From positions 1,856,905 to 1,920,904 of the forward strand of contig CP070761.1 of the NCBI GenBank assembly GCA_020348985.1: 64,000 bases of DNA. The letters run 5' to 3'. Positions 1-9,091 of this stretch are shown here, piece by piece. Under the pieces are notes generated by a model. It was not told the DNA's origin and searched no databases. It worked only from the letters and a program-made list of their open reading frames with translations. Source of the stretch: Candidatus Thorarchaeota archaeon (lineage in GTDB: Archaea; Asgardarchaeota; Thorarchaeia; Thorarchaeales; Thorarchaeaceae). Position numbers and translations under genes: made by a program. The first letter of the stretch is position 1, and each line of letters opens with the position of its first letter.

Positions 1-317
1 TCAATTTCAGAGCACCTGAAGTCACTGCCGGAGAAGCGTTTCTGACATTTCTAAGGGCACAGATAACACTAAACGGCGAGTCGATTACGTACACATATTT
101 CCGCCGAAGTATACCAATAGATCAACGAAGCATTCGTTCAGGATATGATGCGAACTTCTCTGTTGGTTCCACTATTTCGATAATGGAAGACAAAATGATA
201 CTCTACAATGCATCAGATACGGGGAATTGGGTTTTCACTGTTATTCTGACTATGTCCTATCATCTGTTTCAATCACGGGCCGAATCTGTCCGCATTCTTG
301 TGTTCGCATGGCCGTAG
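1..317 (+). CDS. Partial hypothetical protein (3' end; runs off the window start)
   Basis: The frame starting at nt 3 is open to TAG at 315-317 (NFRAPEVTAGEAFLTF...VRILVFAWP*). It is absent from the ORF track. Confidence 0.65.
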   Translation, partial: NFRAPEVTAGEAFLTFLRAQITLNGESITYTYFRRSIPIDQRSIRSGYDANFSVGSTISIMEDKMILYNASDTGNWVFTVILTMSYHLFQSRAESVRILVFAWP

Positions 318-461
318 CTAGGTCCACAATCAGAGATATCCCGGGTGCCGATTCACCTCTTCTTCCAGAGCAATGTAGTCGAGCTGATGTGAAGAGAATT
401 CATCAGATGCAATTCTTTGCGCCTAACTCAGCTTCTTTAACAGGGATGATTATGAAGTAGA

Positions 462-1343
462 ATGGGTGAAGACTTGAATCTGAACAGGGACCATGTACTT
501 CTCATATCGATATCGACCCTTCCGTTGGTACTAGGTTCTGCTGTCGCCTATGCAATCGCGGATTCAACTCTTGTGGGAAACATTGTCACGAATCTGCCAA
601 GCTTCACTCCTCAACAGATCATAATTCAGTCCATAGTCTCGACAATCCTTGGTGCAGGCGTAGTATTCTCACTGTTCTGGCTAATGCGCCGACGCGGAAA
701 GAAGACGAAGAAGTTCGTTGTCGCACTGGTGGTTTCTCCCATCCTCTTCTTTGTATCGATCTTCATGGGTCAGGCATTCCTTCTCATACTGTTCAAAGGG
801 GCTACAAATCCTTTCCAGGGTCTTGTTCTAGTCTTCTCACTTGCAGTCTCTCTATTGTCAATCGCCCTCGTAGTGATAGATGCGCTTCCTCATATGATTA
901 GAAACATCTTCGTTGCCTTCTACGGCAGCGTCTTTGGGATCTTCATGGGTGTCACCATTGTGACTTCAAGTATGATTGTCCTAGTAGTCACCTTGATCGT
1001 TGAGGATCACTTCCTCACCAAGTATTCCCCAGTGCCCGAGACAGCAACCCTATCAGGAAAGATTGGCAAAGATCCCTTTGATTACACACGAATACAGTCA
1101 GAGAGCGTGGCAGTAGGCGTCGGCGACTACGTTGCCTTTTCACTTATTGCAGCACACGCTTTCATCTTCTTCCCCACCTATGTCTGGTTGATGTCGGTCC
1201 TACTAGCATTCGTTGGAGTCGTCATCAACATCACGGTGCTGGCTGAAGAAGAGAAGATTCTTCCTGCAATCCCTTTACCCGGCCTTCTAGCCTTGTTTCC
1301 ATGGGCTGTTCACATCAGCACTCTAGTCCTCATGGTCGGTTAG
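462..1343 (+). CDS. Presenilin/SPP-like (A22, GxGD) intramembrane aspartyl protease
   Basis: About 9 hydrophobic segments. First catalytic Asp in LIVED, GxGD motif GVGD, and C-terminal PAL-like motif LPAIP. Confidence 0.8.
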   Translation: MGEDLNLNRDHVLLISISTLPLVLGSAVAYAIADSTLVGNIVTNLPSFTPQQIIIQSIVSTILGAGVVFSLFWLMRRRGKKTKKFVVALVVSPILFFVSIFMGQAFLLILFKGATNPFQGLVLVFSLAVSLLSIALVVIDALPHMIRNIFVAFYGSVFGIFMGVTIVTSSMIVLVVTLIVEDHFLTKYSPVPETATLSGKIGKDPFDYTRIQSESVAVGVGDYVAFSLIAAHAFIFFPTYVWLMSVLLAFVGVVINITVLAEEEKILPAIPLPGLLALFPWAVHISTLVLMVG

Positions 1344-1416
1344 GTCAAAGCATGTTCATTATAGGGCGTTGTTCAGAGTGGTTCTCTCTACGTCCGAGCC
1401 TGTCAATCTTCTTGGT

Positions 1417-2430
1417 CTAGACCCTCTTCTTGAGCTTCGAGATTAATGGAACGCTCAGCGGATCCACACCCCTTAGCTCTGCCATCTCTACAGACGCCAA
1501 ATCCAACCGATAGACATGTCCAAGTGTTTCTGCGAGTCTAGTGGATCCTTCAGATTCAAGTTGAAGAGAATCAACTCCCTGCTCAGACAGAATGCTTCTG
1601 GTTTCTTTGATTCTCTTCTTGACTCGTTCATCGTACCAGTTGGAGCTAAGAAAGACGGGCATGACTCTTCTTTGTCGATAGAGCACATACGCCTCAATTT
1701 CATTGTGATTCGCTTCAGGGAGCTCTGAATGAAAGGAGGGCGTCTTGGAATTCTCGTTGATTTGGCATTTCGCACGATAGGCAACGGGCGCAAGATGTTC
1801 CGCACCGACAAATACTGGTAGGACATCAGAAAGCTCATGTGCCACTTTGTTGGGTGTAAGTCCTGACTTGGCCCACGACTCGGGCATTCTTTCTAGCTCG
1901 TGCGATGCAGCGATCAGGTCACTCATCGGGATACCAAGCAGTGTCTCAATGAGCGGGAGAACAATCGACAGTATCAGAGGTACTGCTGCCCTTGGCTGAA
2001 TCCCGTCAACAAGCTTATAGACTGGCACATCCGTGGCCATATCTTGAAGTTTCCCGCCGCTTGTGATTACGAATGCACTACCTCTTCTCTCACGAATCTC
2101 GTTGAAAGATAAGAGGGTCTCTTCTGTGTTCCCAGAGTAGCTGACAACGATTGAGACCCAGTCTTTGTCGACATACTTTGGCACACCGTAGTCTCTGATT
2201 TGGACTACGGGAATCTCCGCAACGTTCCTGACCAATCCTTTGCAGATGTCTCCCGAGATTGCGCTTCCTCCCATTCCCACAAGGCACACTCCTTGAATGC
2301 CTTGTTTCGCGAGAGCTCTCGCACTATCGATTATTGCTTCTGAAGGACTTGAGAGCCTGAGCATCTTCGGAAATCCTTCCACCAATGCTCTCATGCTTGT
2401 GGAATCAATGTCAATTGGCTCACTCATCAC
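1417..2430 (-). CDS. Bifunctional phosphoglucose/phosphomannose isomerase (SIS domain)
   Basis: Motifs GMGGSAISG, SYSGNTEET, QPRAA, QINENSK and PEANHNEIE. Confidence 0.92.
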   Translation of the reverse strand: MMSEPIDIDSTSMRALVEGFPKMLRLSSPSEAIIDSARALAKQGIQGVCLVGMGGSAISGDICKGLVRNVAEIPVVQIRDYGVPKYVDKDWVSIVVSYSGNTEETLLSFNEIRERRGSAFVITSGGKLQDMATDVPVYKLVDGIQPRAAVPLILSIVLPLIETLLGIPMSDLIAASHELERMPESWAKSGLTPNKVAHELSDVLPVFVGAEHLAPVAYRAKCQINENSKTPSFHSELPEANHNEIEAYVLYRQRRVMPVFLSSNWYDERVKKRIKETRSILSEQGVDSLQLESEGSTRLAETLGHVYRLDLASVEMAELRGVDPLSVPLISKLKKRV

Positions 2431-2517
2431 ATCGCCCAGTGTTTCTTTGCTGGCTGAGCCTTAAAGTTGACTACTCCACTGGTTTCTGCTGACTTGCAGA
2501 CAAGTTTCTTTAAGTGA

Positions 2518-3216
2518 TTGACAATGAACCACGGTGAGGTGTTGCGCCAATTGAGGGATGCCCGCCTAGCCATAGAAGTCGACGGACACCAAATTGACAA
2601 TCTGTTTTGGACCCCTGAAGATGGCTGCGGCTCTTCAGCGCTTCTGCTCCACCCCCATCCACTTTACGGTGGAAACATGCTTGATGCTGTTGTATCAATG
2701 ATTCACAGGACTCTCGCAGAGAATGGGTTCTGCACACTTCGCATCAATTTCCGCGGAGTTGGACGCCAGGATTCAGTCTTTGCTGGTGTTGGCGGCGCAG
2801 TGGAAGACGCCTTGATGGCTCATGCCTCTTTGGTACGAGCTACTAAGCATTCCCAGGTGGGAGTACTAGGCTATTCATTTGGAGCGTCTGTGGCACTTCA
2901 TGTTGCTGCTGAATATGACGTTGCATTTCTTGTTGCATTGAGTCCATCCTACAAGATAGTGGAGGAGGTGAAAGAGAGTCAAGACATCCTACCTAGAATC
3001 AAGTGTCCAGTGCTTCTGGTTCATGGATCCAAAGACTCAGTTGTCCCCCCTTCAGACTCAGAATTGATAGCCAGCCAAATTGGTTCGAAAGATTTCACGA
3101 TGGAAATCTTGGAAGGAGTAGGTCATTTCTACCACGAATCTCTCGACTTTGTCGGGCGGACATTGTCAGAATTTCTAGAGCGGCTTCATTCAAAAGGCAC
3201 TGGTCGGAAGAGCTAG
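2518..3216 (+). CDS. Alpha/beta hydrolase
   Basis: HPHPLYGGNM, NFRGVG, nucleophile motif GYSFG, HGSKDSVVP and GVGHF. Confidence 0.88.
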   Translation: MTMNHGEVLRQLRDARLAIEVDGHQIDNLFWTPEDGCGSSALLLHPHPLYGGNMLDAVVSMIHRTLAENGFCTLRINFRGVGRQDSVFAGVGGAVEDALMAHASLVRATKHSQVGVLGYSFGASVALHVAAEYDVAFLVALSPSYKIVEEVKESQDILPRIKCPVLLVHGSKDSVVPPSDSELIASQIGSKDFTMEILEGVGHFYHESLDFVGRTLSEFLERLHSKGTGRKS

Positions 3217-3246
3217 GCTTAAGAGCGACATGCACACGAACGACTT

Positions 3247-3942
3247 GTGACCCCGAACATGCTGGAAGCAGTAATCTTTGACCTTGATGGTACTCTTACC
3301 GTTCTAGCGCTTCCACTGGACGCAATGCGCCGTGACACCAAAGCCTTCTACATCAATCAAGGATTGCCTTCGGACATGCTGGAGCCAGCTGACGGCATTT
3401 CAAGTACCAGAGTAAAGGCCCGGGAGTACTTCTTTGAGAGGGGCATTTCTAATGATGCATGGAGTGCAATGCAGCATTCAGTTGATTCAATTCTAAGCAA
3501 ACATGAGGCAAGTTCTGCCATCGGGGCCATGCTGATAGATGGTGTGTTGCCAGTAGTTGAGCAAATCCGGAGTATGGGTCTGAAGACGGCAATACTCACA
3601 AACAACGGCAGGGAGGCTGTTGACTTGATTCTAAAGGAACTGCCCCTACAAGGCTTGTTCGATGTTATCCAGACCAGGAACGAATCTCCCAACCCTAAGC
3701 CATTTCCGGAGGGGTTGCTGAAAGTGGTTGACCGTCTGGGAGTTTCTGTAAGCAAGACCCTCTATGTTGGAGATGCCCGTATTGATGGGGTTGCTGCAGG
3801 ACGGGCCGGCATCGAATTCTGGGGGGTTTCAACAGGCGAGACCTCTGAAGGCGATCTTTACTCTGTCGGCGCAGCACTTGTCACGGACGCACTCAGCGAG
3901 ATTCTAAAGCATATCCGAATTCGAATGTCTTCGAAAGCATGA
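3247..3942 (+). CDS. HAD-family hydrolase (phosphoglycolate phosphatase-like)
   Basis: FDLDGTL, LTNN, PKPFP and YVGD...D motifs. Confidence 0.88.
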   Translation: MTPNMLEAVIFDLDGTLTVLALPLDAMRRDTKAFYINQGLPSDMLEPADGISSTRVKAREYFFERGISNDAWSAMQHSVDSILSKHEASSAIGAMLIDGVLPVVEQIRSMGLKTAILTNNGREAVDLILKELPLQGLFDVIQTRNESPNPKPFPEGLLKVVDRLGVSVSKTLYVGDARIDGVAAGRAGIEFWGVSTGETSEGDLYSVGAALVTDALSEILKHIRIRMSSKA

Positions 3943-4223
3943 TCAAGCCGTATGCTGAAGGAACATGCTGGCCAATTGTTAAGGAATACTAGTCACTTAC
4001 GGTCCACTGGATACAACGGCCATTTCCACGACACTTGATTGTCAGTTCTGATTCGACCGAGTCTTGTCCCTCGGGCAAGAGAATACATCCTATTTGCATT
4101 GCAATGGTCTTCCTTGATTCTTGCTTTGTCACAGACGATTATATACGGTAATCCGTCCGAAATCGTTACAAGAGACAATCCCAATCCCGGACGTGCCAGC
4201 CCGTGACTTCGAGGTCGACCTAG

Positions 4224-4613
4224 ATGAACATAGACGAAGGTGCATACCTAGTGCTAAGTGCGGCTAAGGGAGCATTCTCTACACGTCTACCTCCGTTCCC
4301 AAGGGAATGGAATCCCATCGATCGACCGTATGTTGCTCACTTGATTCCTACCAGCGATGAGATATTCAGGGTATTCCTGTCAAATCCAACCTCTCCCTCC
4401 TCTGTGTGCAATCTAGACCTCTCAATGAATCGGATAGAGGGGTTGCCGGTCAAGTCACTGGTTGAGGTCAAGCACGACAGCATAGACTATAGCTATTACA
4501 GACGGGACAATGGCATGTGGACCAAAGTGGGCGAGGCGCAATATCCGTTTCTCATCGAAGTCTACTCACGCGGTTCCGACCCAATCATAATGACTGCAAC
4601 CAATATAGAGTGA
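4224..4613 (+). CDS. Hypothetical protein
   Basis: 129-aa ORF with GAGGT upstream of the ATG; no recognisable motif. Confidence 0.55.
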   Translation: MNIDEGAYLVLSAAKGAFSTRLPPFPREWNPIDRPYVAHLIPTSDEIFRVFLSNPTSPSSVCNLDLSMNRIEGLPVKSLVEVKHDSIDYSYYRRDNGMWTKVGEAQYPFLIEVYSRGSDPIIMTATNIE

Positions 4614-4731
4614 TTCTTCAGATCTGCATACTCTCCATAGTTCCAATCCGCGCCATCTTGTGCCTCGGCGTTGAAGCCTACGTCAAAAACCCGCGGAGAA
4701 ATGCTCTAGCTTTGCTCTATACGAAGTTGAG

Positions 4732-4866
4732 TTATATGCATTTGAACAAAAACAGGTACCGAGGCGCTTGGGGGCCCAAAAGAAGTCATTCTCTCTCCTC
4801 CTTCCGCGTCTTTCGAGCGGCCCCCGTGCAACCCTCATCTGTTTCTTTCTCTGATTGCTCGAATCT
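4732..4866 (+). ncRNA. Putative small RNA transcription unit, copy 1 (TATA - GC stem with pyrimidine core - T-rich tail)
   Basis: TTATATGC at 4732. GGGGGCC (4770-4776) pairs with GGCCCCC (4819-4825) around the core TCTCTCCTCCTTCCGC. Tail TTTCTTTCTCTGATTGCTCGAATCT. Confidence 0.4.
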
Positions 4867-4915
4867 CACATCAACCTCCAATTAGTCATTATATAATATC
4901 TAACCGTAAATATTC

Positions 4916-5067
4916 TTATATGCTATTAACGACTATTAGTTCTTGGAGCAAGGGGCTCACAAACACCCGCTTGAATCCTCTCTCCTTCCTTCGCACTCAC
5001 TCTCCCCTTTTCTGTGAGCCCCGAACCTCTCTACCCTCTCTCTTTTCTTTTGTCTGTTCTCAGAATC
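4916..5067 (+). ncRNA. Putative small RNA transcription unit, copy 2
   Basis: TTATATGC at 4916. GGGGCTCACA (4952-4961) pairs with TGTGAGCCCC (5013-5022) around the core TCTCTCCTTCCTTCGC. Tail TTTTCTTTGTCTGTTCTCAGAATCT. Confidence 0.4.
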
Positions 5068-5177
5068 TGACAATTTGCATTCAAAGCACAATATCCTAGT
5101 AGCTACTATCCACAAGGCCGAATCACTGCATATGGTTTATCTACCTCGCTCCCTATGGGGTATGAGGTTCAGATTGC

Positions 5178-5336
5178 ATGGTGGGAGATCGACAACTGGA
5201 TGAGGACACTGATTTCTTCGCCAGATGGGAAGAAAAGAGAGAGGGCTATTTGAGATTCCTGCTCTACGTTGTCTATCTTCTCATCGTTTTCCTTCTGCTC
5301 TACATCTTTCTGGTCGGATTTGGTCCTACTCTTTGA
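5178..5336 (+). CDS. Small single-pass membrane protein (52 aa)
   Basis: GAGGT upstream of the ATG. MVGDRQLDEDTDFFARWEEKREGYLRFLLYVVYLLIVFLLLYIFLVGFGPTL*. Below the ORF-track length cutoff. Confidence 0.7.
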   Translation: MVGDRQLDEDTDFFARWEEKREGYLRFLLYVVYLLIVFLLLYIFLVGFGPTL

Positions 5337-5446
5337 GCAACTCTTGTGACCACTCAAGATTCATGAGTCATCCAGAGCATTTTGTACTCCACATCCAGCA
5401 AGGGTTAAAAGGCAAATGACCGTCGCCTGCCCTCGGAGAATCGGAA

Positions 5447-5914
5447 ATGGCAACGGCAAGAAGGGCAGTTGACAGCACACTAAGGAAGTTGCTCACCTAT
5501 ACTGCAGAGATTATCATGTCGATAATCCTTCTAGTAATCGTTTGTCTGCCGCTTGTATTCACAATTCCTATGTGGATTCAGCATGTGGTCTTTGCCACTC
5601 CGAGGAGCGGATTTCTATTGGATCCTGTTGCTTTATTCGGGGGTGACGGGGCACTAGTTGTTACAATCGCATTAGCTCTCGTTTCTCTCATATTGGGATA
5701 CCCGTACTTGATGAAGATGCTTCCCTCCACAGCTGAAGAAGAAGAGCTCGTTGAAGAAGAAGCCGAAAACGAAGAAGAAGAGGAAGTCATGGAAGCTGAG
5801 GTCCTCGAAGAAGACGAAGTGGAAGAAGAAATATCCCAGCTCGAGTCAGAAGAGACAGAAGTGGTCGAAGACGTCCCCGATGATGAGGATTCGGACGAGC
5901 CGGATGCGGAATAG
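5447..5914 (+). CDS. Two-TM membrane protein with an acidic disordered C-terminal tail
   Basis: Two hydrophobic segments followed by about 60 aa of Glu/Asp-rich sequence. Confidence 0.75.
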   Translation: MATARRAVDSTLRKLLTYTAEIIMSIILLVIVCLPLVFTIPMWIQHVVFATPRSGFLLDPVALFGGDGALVVTIALALVSLILGYPYLMKMLPSTAEEEELVEEEAENEEEEEVMEAEVLEEDEVEEEISQLESEETEVVEDVPDDEDSDEPDAE

Positions 5915-5925
5915 TCAAGACGAGA

Positions 5926-6771
5926 TCACGGTCGCAACTCAACAAGCTGGACTATTCGGTCAACTATGCCAGAGAATTCCCTCAATATTCTTGAATTATG
6001 TACACCACCGACGAAAGGCAATCCCTTGTCGCTTCGACTAGGAACCCCTTCATCAAATGGCAAACTGCCGAGGTACTCAATATCATAGTCCTTTGCAGCC
6101 CCTTCGGCGGCGCCCTTACCAAAGAACTTGTGCGATTTGCCGCAGCCTGAACAGATGAACTCTGTCATATTCTCTACGATTCCCAGGACGGGAATATCCA
6201 GTTTTTCGACCAGGCGAATGGCCCTTCTTGCGTCAAGAACTGCGACATCCTGTGGAGTGGTCACTACGACAACTCCATCTATCTCCGGTATCGAATGAAG
6301 AATGCTCAGTATCTCATCGCCAGTTCCAGGAGGCAAATCAACCACAAGATAGTCTAGTTGTTCCCAAGCGACATCGCCCAAGAACTGACCAATGATCTTG
6401 GTGACAATGTTTCCACGCCAAGCTACTGCGTCATCAGGGTTTGTCAGCAAGAATCCCATAGACATGACCTTCAATCCACTCGGACCGAAGATAGGCAGAA
6501 TCACCTGGTTCTGAGCGGTGGGGTGTTGACCCTCAAGACCGAGAAGCTTTGGAACATTAGGTCCATAAATGTCGACATCTAGAAGCCCGGTCATGTAACC
6601 CTTTTTGGCAAGAGCAACTGAAAGATTCGTTGCGAACGTTGTCTTACCAACTCCGCCTTTGCCTGACAGAATCAATATCTTGCGTTTCACGTTCTTCAAG
6701 TTTTCAAGGACCTTGAGAGGGAAAGACCCCGACTTCCTTGTGCTAGTATTGGACATTGAAAGAGACCTCAC
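5926..6771 (-). CDS. mrp: Mrp/NBP35 family Fe-S cluster carrier ATPase
   Basis: SGKGGVGKT, DVDIYGPN, DLPPGTGD, TTPQ and ENMxxFxCxxC. Confidence 0.93.
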   Translation of the reverse strand: MRSLSMSNTSTRKSGSFPLKVLENLKNVKRKILILSGKGGVGKTTFATNLSVALAKKGYMTGLLDVDIYGPNVPKLLGLEGQHPTAQNQVILPIFGPSGLKVMSMGFLLTNPDDAVAWRGNIVTKIIGQFLGDVAWEQLDYLVVDLPPGTGDEILSILHSIPEIDGVVVVTTPQDVAVLDARRAIRLVEKLDIPVLGIVENMTEFICSGCGKSHKFFGKGAAEGAAKDYDIEYLGSLPFDEGVPSRSDKGLPFVGGVHNSRILREFSGIVDRIVQLVELRP

Positions 6772-6848
6772 TGTCGGACAACAAGGTCATTCCTTTGGCT
6801 TTCGATTTAAGCAGATGGATGTGACAATAACATCAGAGAGCCGCTACT

Positions 6849-7685
6849 CTATCTGTCATTGAAAAGTCCAACAAGAGCACCTGCAAGTAAACGCGAACCT
6901 GCAGCTACGAAGCTCATTCTTTGGGTAATGTCAAGCGGAAGAACAAAGTCCTCTCCTCTGATGTCGAGGACGCACCCCCCTGCCTCGAGTACCATGTGAG
7001 TTCCAGATGCATGTACTATCGGAAGAATGTCTCTCAGATCAATCATTCCATCCAATGCACCACAAGCAGTCCAACAAAGATCCAAGAGATTGCTGCCGGT
7101 TCTGCGCATATCATATACGCCTACTAGCGTCTTCAGAGATCCCACCTTGAACTCACCTGACCACTCCTTCTTTGTGTCGTACGACACAATAGATTTTGCC
7201 GGATCGATGGCGTCTGATGGCCTGACCGGTCTGCCGTTCCTCGTCACACCTTCTCCCCGTATTGCTACGTATGTCTCCTCAGTGAAGTAGGAGTCAATCA
7301 CACTGATCTCTATGTCTTCAGTTGTTGCATCTCTGGAAAATGGGGCAACCGAAATGCCGACCGTGCATAGAGGCATACCTCGCTCCAGATTCGTGGACCC
7401 ATCAATAGGGTCAACAATAGCAATGTAGTCTGGATCTTTGTCGGTTGTTACAAGACCATGTTCTTCGCTCAATATGGCGAAATCCTTCTTGGAGTCGCGA
7501 AACACGTTGATAATGTCCTCCTCAGAGCTCTCATCAAGAACCAGTGTGTTGTCGCCGAATGGATTCAATTCACCTGTGCGCTCGGAGACGTGTTCAAGAT
7601 TGCCAAGCACTCTGTTTCTGGCAGCTCCGATTGCGTCCTCTATTATGCTCATCAATGACATTTCGAGACCTCCACCAAACCTCAA
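6849..7685 (-). CDS. Inositol monophosphatase/FBPase family protein
   Basis: LSEE, VDPIDGSTN and RRTGS...DLCW motifs. Confidence 0.88.
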   Translation of the reverse strand: MRFGGGLEMSLMSIIEDAIGAARNRVLGNLEHVSERTGELNPFGDNTLVLDESSEEDIINVFRDSKKDFAILSEEHGLVTTDKDPDYIAIVDPIDGSTNLERGMPLCTVGISVAPFSRDATTEDIEISVIDSYFTEETYVAIRGEGVTRNGRPVRPSDAIDPAKSIVSYDTKKEWSGEFKVGSLKTLVGVYDMRRTGSNLLDLCWTACGALDGMIDLRDILPIVHASGTHMVLEAGGCVLDIRGEDFVLPLDITQRMSFVAAGSRLLAGALVGLFNDR

Positions 7686-7760
7686 GATGTTCAGCTAGTA
7701 CAACTCTTTAAAAGCATCAGTTGGGGAAAATTGCACGTAACGGTAGCACCGGTGGATGTT

Positions 7761-8417
7761 ATGGGCTTCCTGAGCGGTAGAAAGAAGGCAGACAATGAAC
7801 GTCGAATCCTAGAGGTCAAAGGCACTATGAATGCTCTGACCCTTCGAATGAGAAGACTTGATACTCGAATAGATACGGAGCAGCATTCTGCAAAGAAGGC
7901 GATATCACGTGGAGACCGCGAACAAGCGAAAGCTCATCTGCGATTGGTTGTAGACTTAGAGAACAGACGCGGACGATACCATCAGCAGTTTCTGACTCTG
8001 GAGACAGCATTACTGAACATAGAGGAAGCAAAAGATCAGGCTGAGGTTCTGAGAGCCTTTACGGTGGCTAATGAAGCCTTGACTGAAGCTCGTTCGATGT
8101 TGAGTCCTGCCGAAATCCAGATTCAGTTGGACCGCCTGGAGGAGTCATTTGAGCACATTTCGATTGCAGGTGACTTGCTTTCTGAGAGTCTGGGGGATAC
8201 AAGTTCCGCAGAAACAGATGAGAGAGTAGAAAGACAACTTGATGCAATGGAAGCCGAGATTCTCCTGGAGAAAGAAGGCATGCTGCCACCGCTTGGTGCT
8301 GAAGGTGAAGCGACCAGTGAGGAAGTTAGTGCGTCTGAAGAGAAGCGCGTAGACGAGATGCTTGCTGATTTGGAAAGAGAGGCCAAGGAAGAACGAGAAA
8401 AAGAGGCACAGAGCTAG
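7761..8417 (+). CDS. ESCRT-III / Snf7-family protein (Vps20/32/60-like)
   Basis: Amphipathic N-terminus MGFLSGRKK, basic helical hairpin (AKKAISRGDREQAKAHLR), LETALLNIEEA, and an acidic C-half with DERVERQLDAMEAE and LPP. Start refined to ATG 7761. Confidence 0.8.
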   Translation: MGFLSGRKKADNERRILEVKGTMNALTLRMRRLDTRIDTEQHSAKKAISRGDREQAKAHLRLVVDLENRRGRYHQQFLTLETALLNIEEAKDQAEVLRAFTVANEALTEARSMLSPAEIQIQLDRLEESFEHISIAGDLLSESLGDTSSAETDERVERQLDAMEAEILLEKEGMLPPLGAEGEATSEEVSASEEKRVDEMLADLEREAKEEREKEAQS

Positions 8418-8443
8418 AATCAGTTTTCACACCGGCGGTATTC

Positions 8444-9091
8444 TTGATGGGTTTCAGACTGGTAGTATTTGATGTAGATGGCACACTCACTAGACACTCC
8501 AGCATATGGTGGAGACTTCACGAACACTTCGGGACAGTCGAAGGTGGGAGGAAGCTTTACGATCAATTCTTCGCAGGCGAGATAACGTACCAGCAGTGGG
8601 CGTACTATGACGCTTTGCTGTGGACAGACAAGCCCTTATCAGAGGTCATGGAAGTTGTTGAAAAGACTGAGCTGGTCACTGGTGCAGTTGAAACAGTCGA
8701 GACCCTCAAAGAACAAGGGCTGAAGGTCGCAATTCTTTCAGGTGGAGTTGATCTGATGGCCAACGACATCGCAAGCCGCCTTGGAATTGATTACGTCGTT
8801 ACTAATCGGCTCCTTCATTCTAACGGACTCCTAACAGGCAAAGTCGAAGTCCTGTTCGGATGGGGCGAAAAACCCACGATGATTCGTAGGGTAACAGAAC
8901 ACTTCGGGGTCTCTTTGGATGAAACTGTCTATGTTGGCGATGGACTAAATGACGTCAGCGTATTCTCTGAAGTAGGACTGTCCATTGCGTTCATGCCTGA
9001 GCATGAAGATGTTGCCGAGGCCGCCACGGTTACTATTCGAGATGATGATCTCCGTTTCATCCTCCCCCATATACTATCGGAAGCCCTGTAA
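8444..9091 (+). CDS. HAD-IB phosphatase (phosphoserine phosphatase-like)
   Basis: FDVDGTL, LSGG and VGDGLND motifs. Confidence 0.85.
   Translation: MMGFRLVVFDVDGTLTRHSSIWWRLHEHFGTVEGGRKLYDQFFAGEITYQQWAYYDALLWTDKPLSEVMEVVEKTELVTGAVETVETLKEQGLKVAILSGGVDLMANDIASRLGIDYVVTNRLLHSNGLLTGKVEVLFGWGEKPTMIRRVTEHFGVSLDETVYVGDGLNDVSVFSEVGLSIAFMPEHEDVAEAATVTIRDDDLRFILPHILSEAL

Noticed and set aside
4786-4869. 27-aa minus-strand ORF after GGAGGT (MRFEQSEKETDEG...)
   Set aside because: It has no counterpart in the second repeat copy, so a non-coding interpretation is preferred, though a peptide is not excluded.
5169-5419. Tracked ORFs 5169..5357(-) and 5225..5419(+)
   Set aside because: They are better explained by the 52-aa membrane ORF at 5178..5336, which has an RBS.
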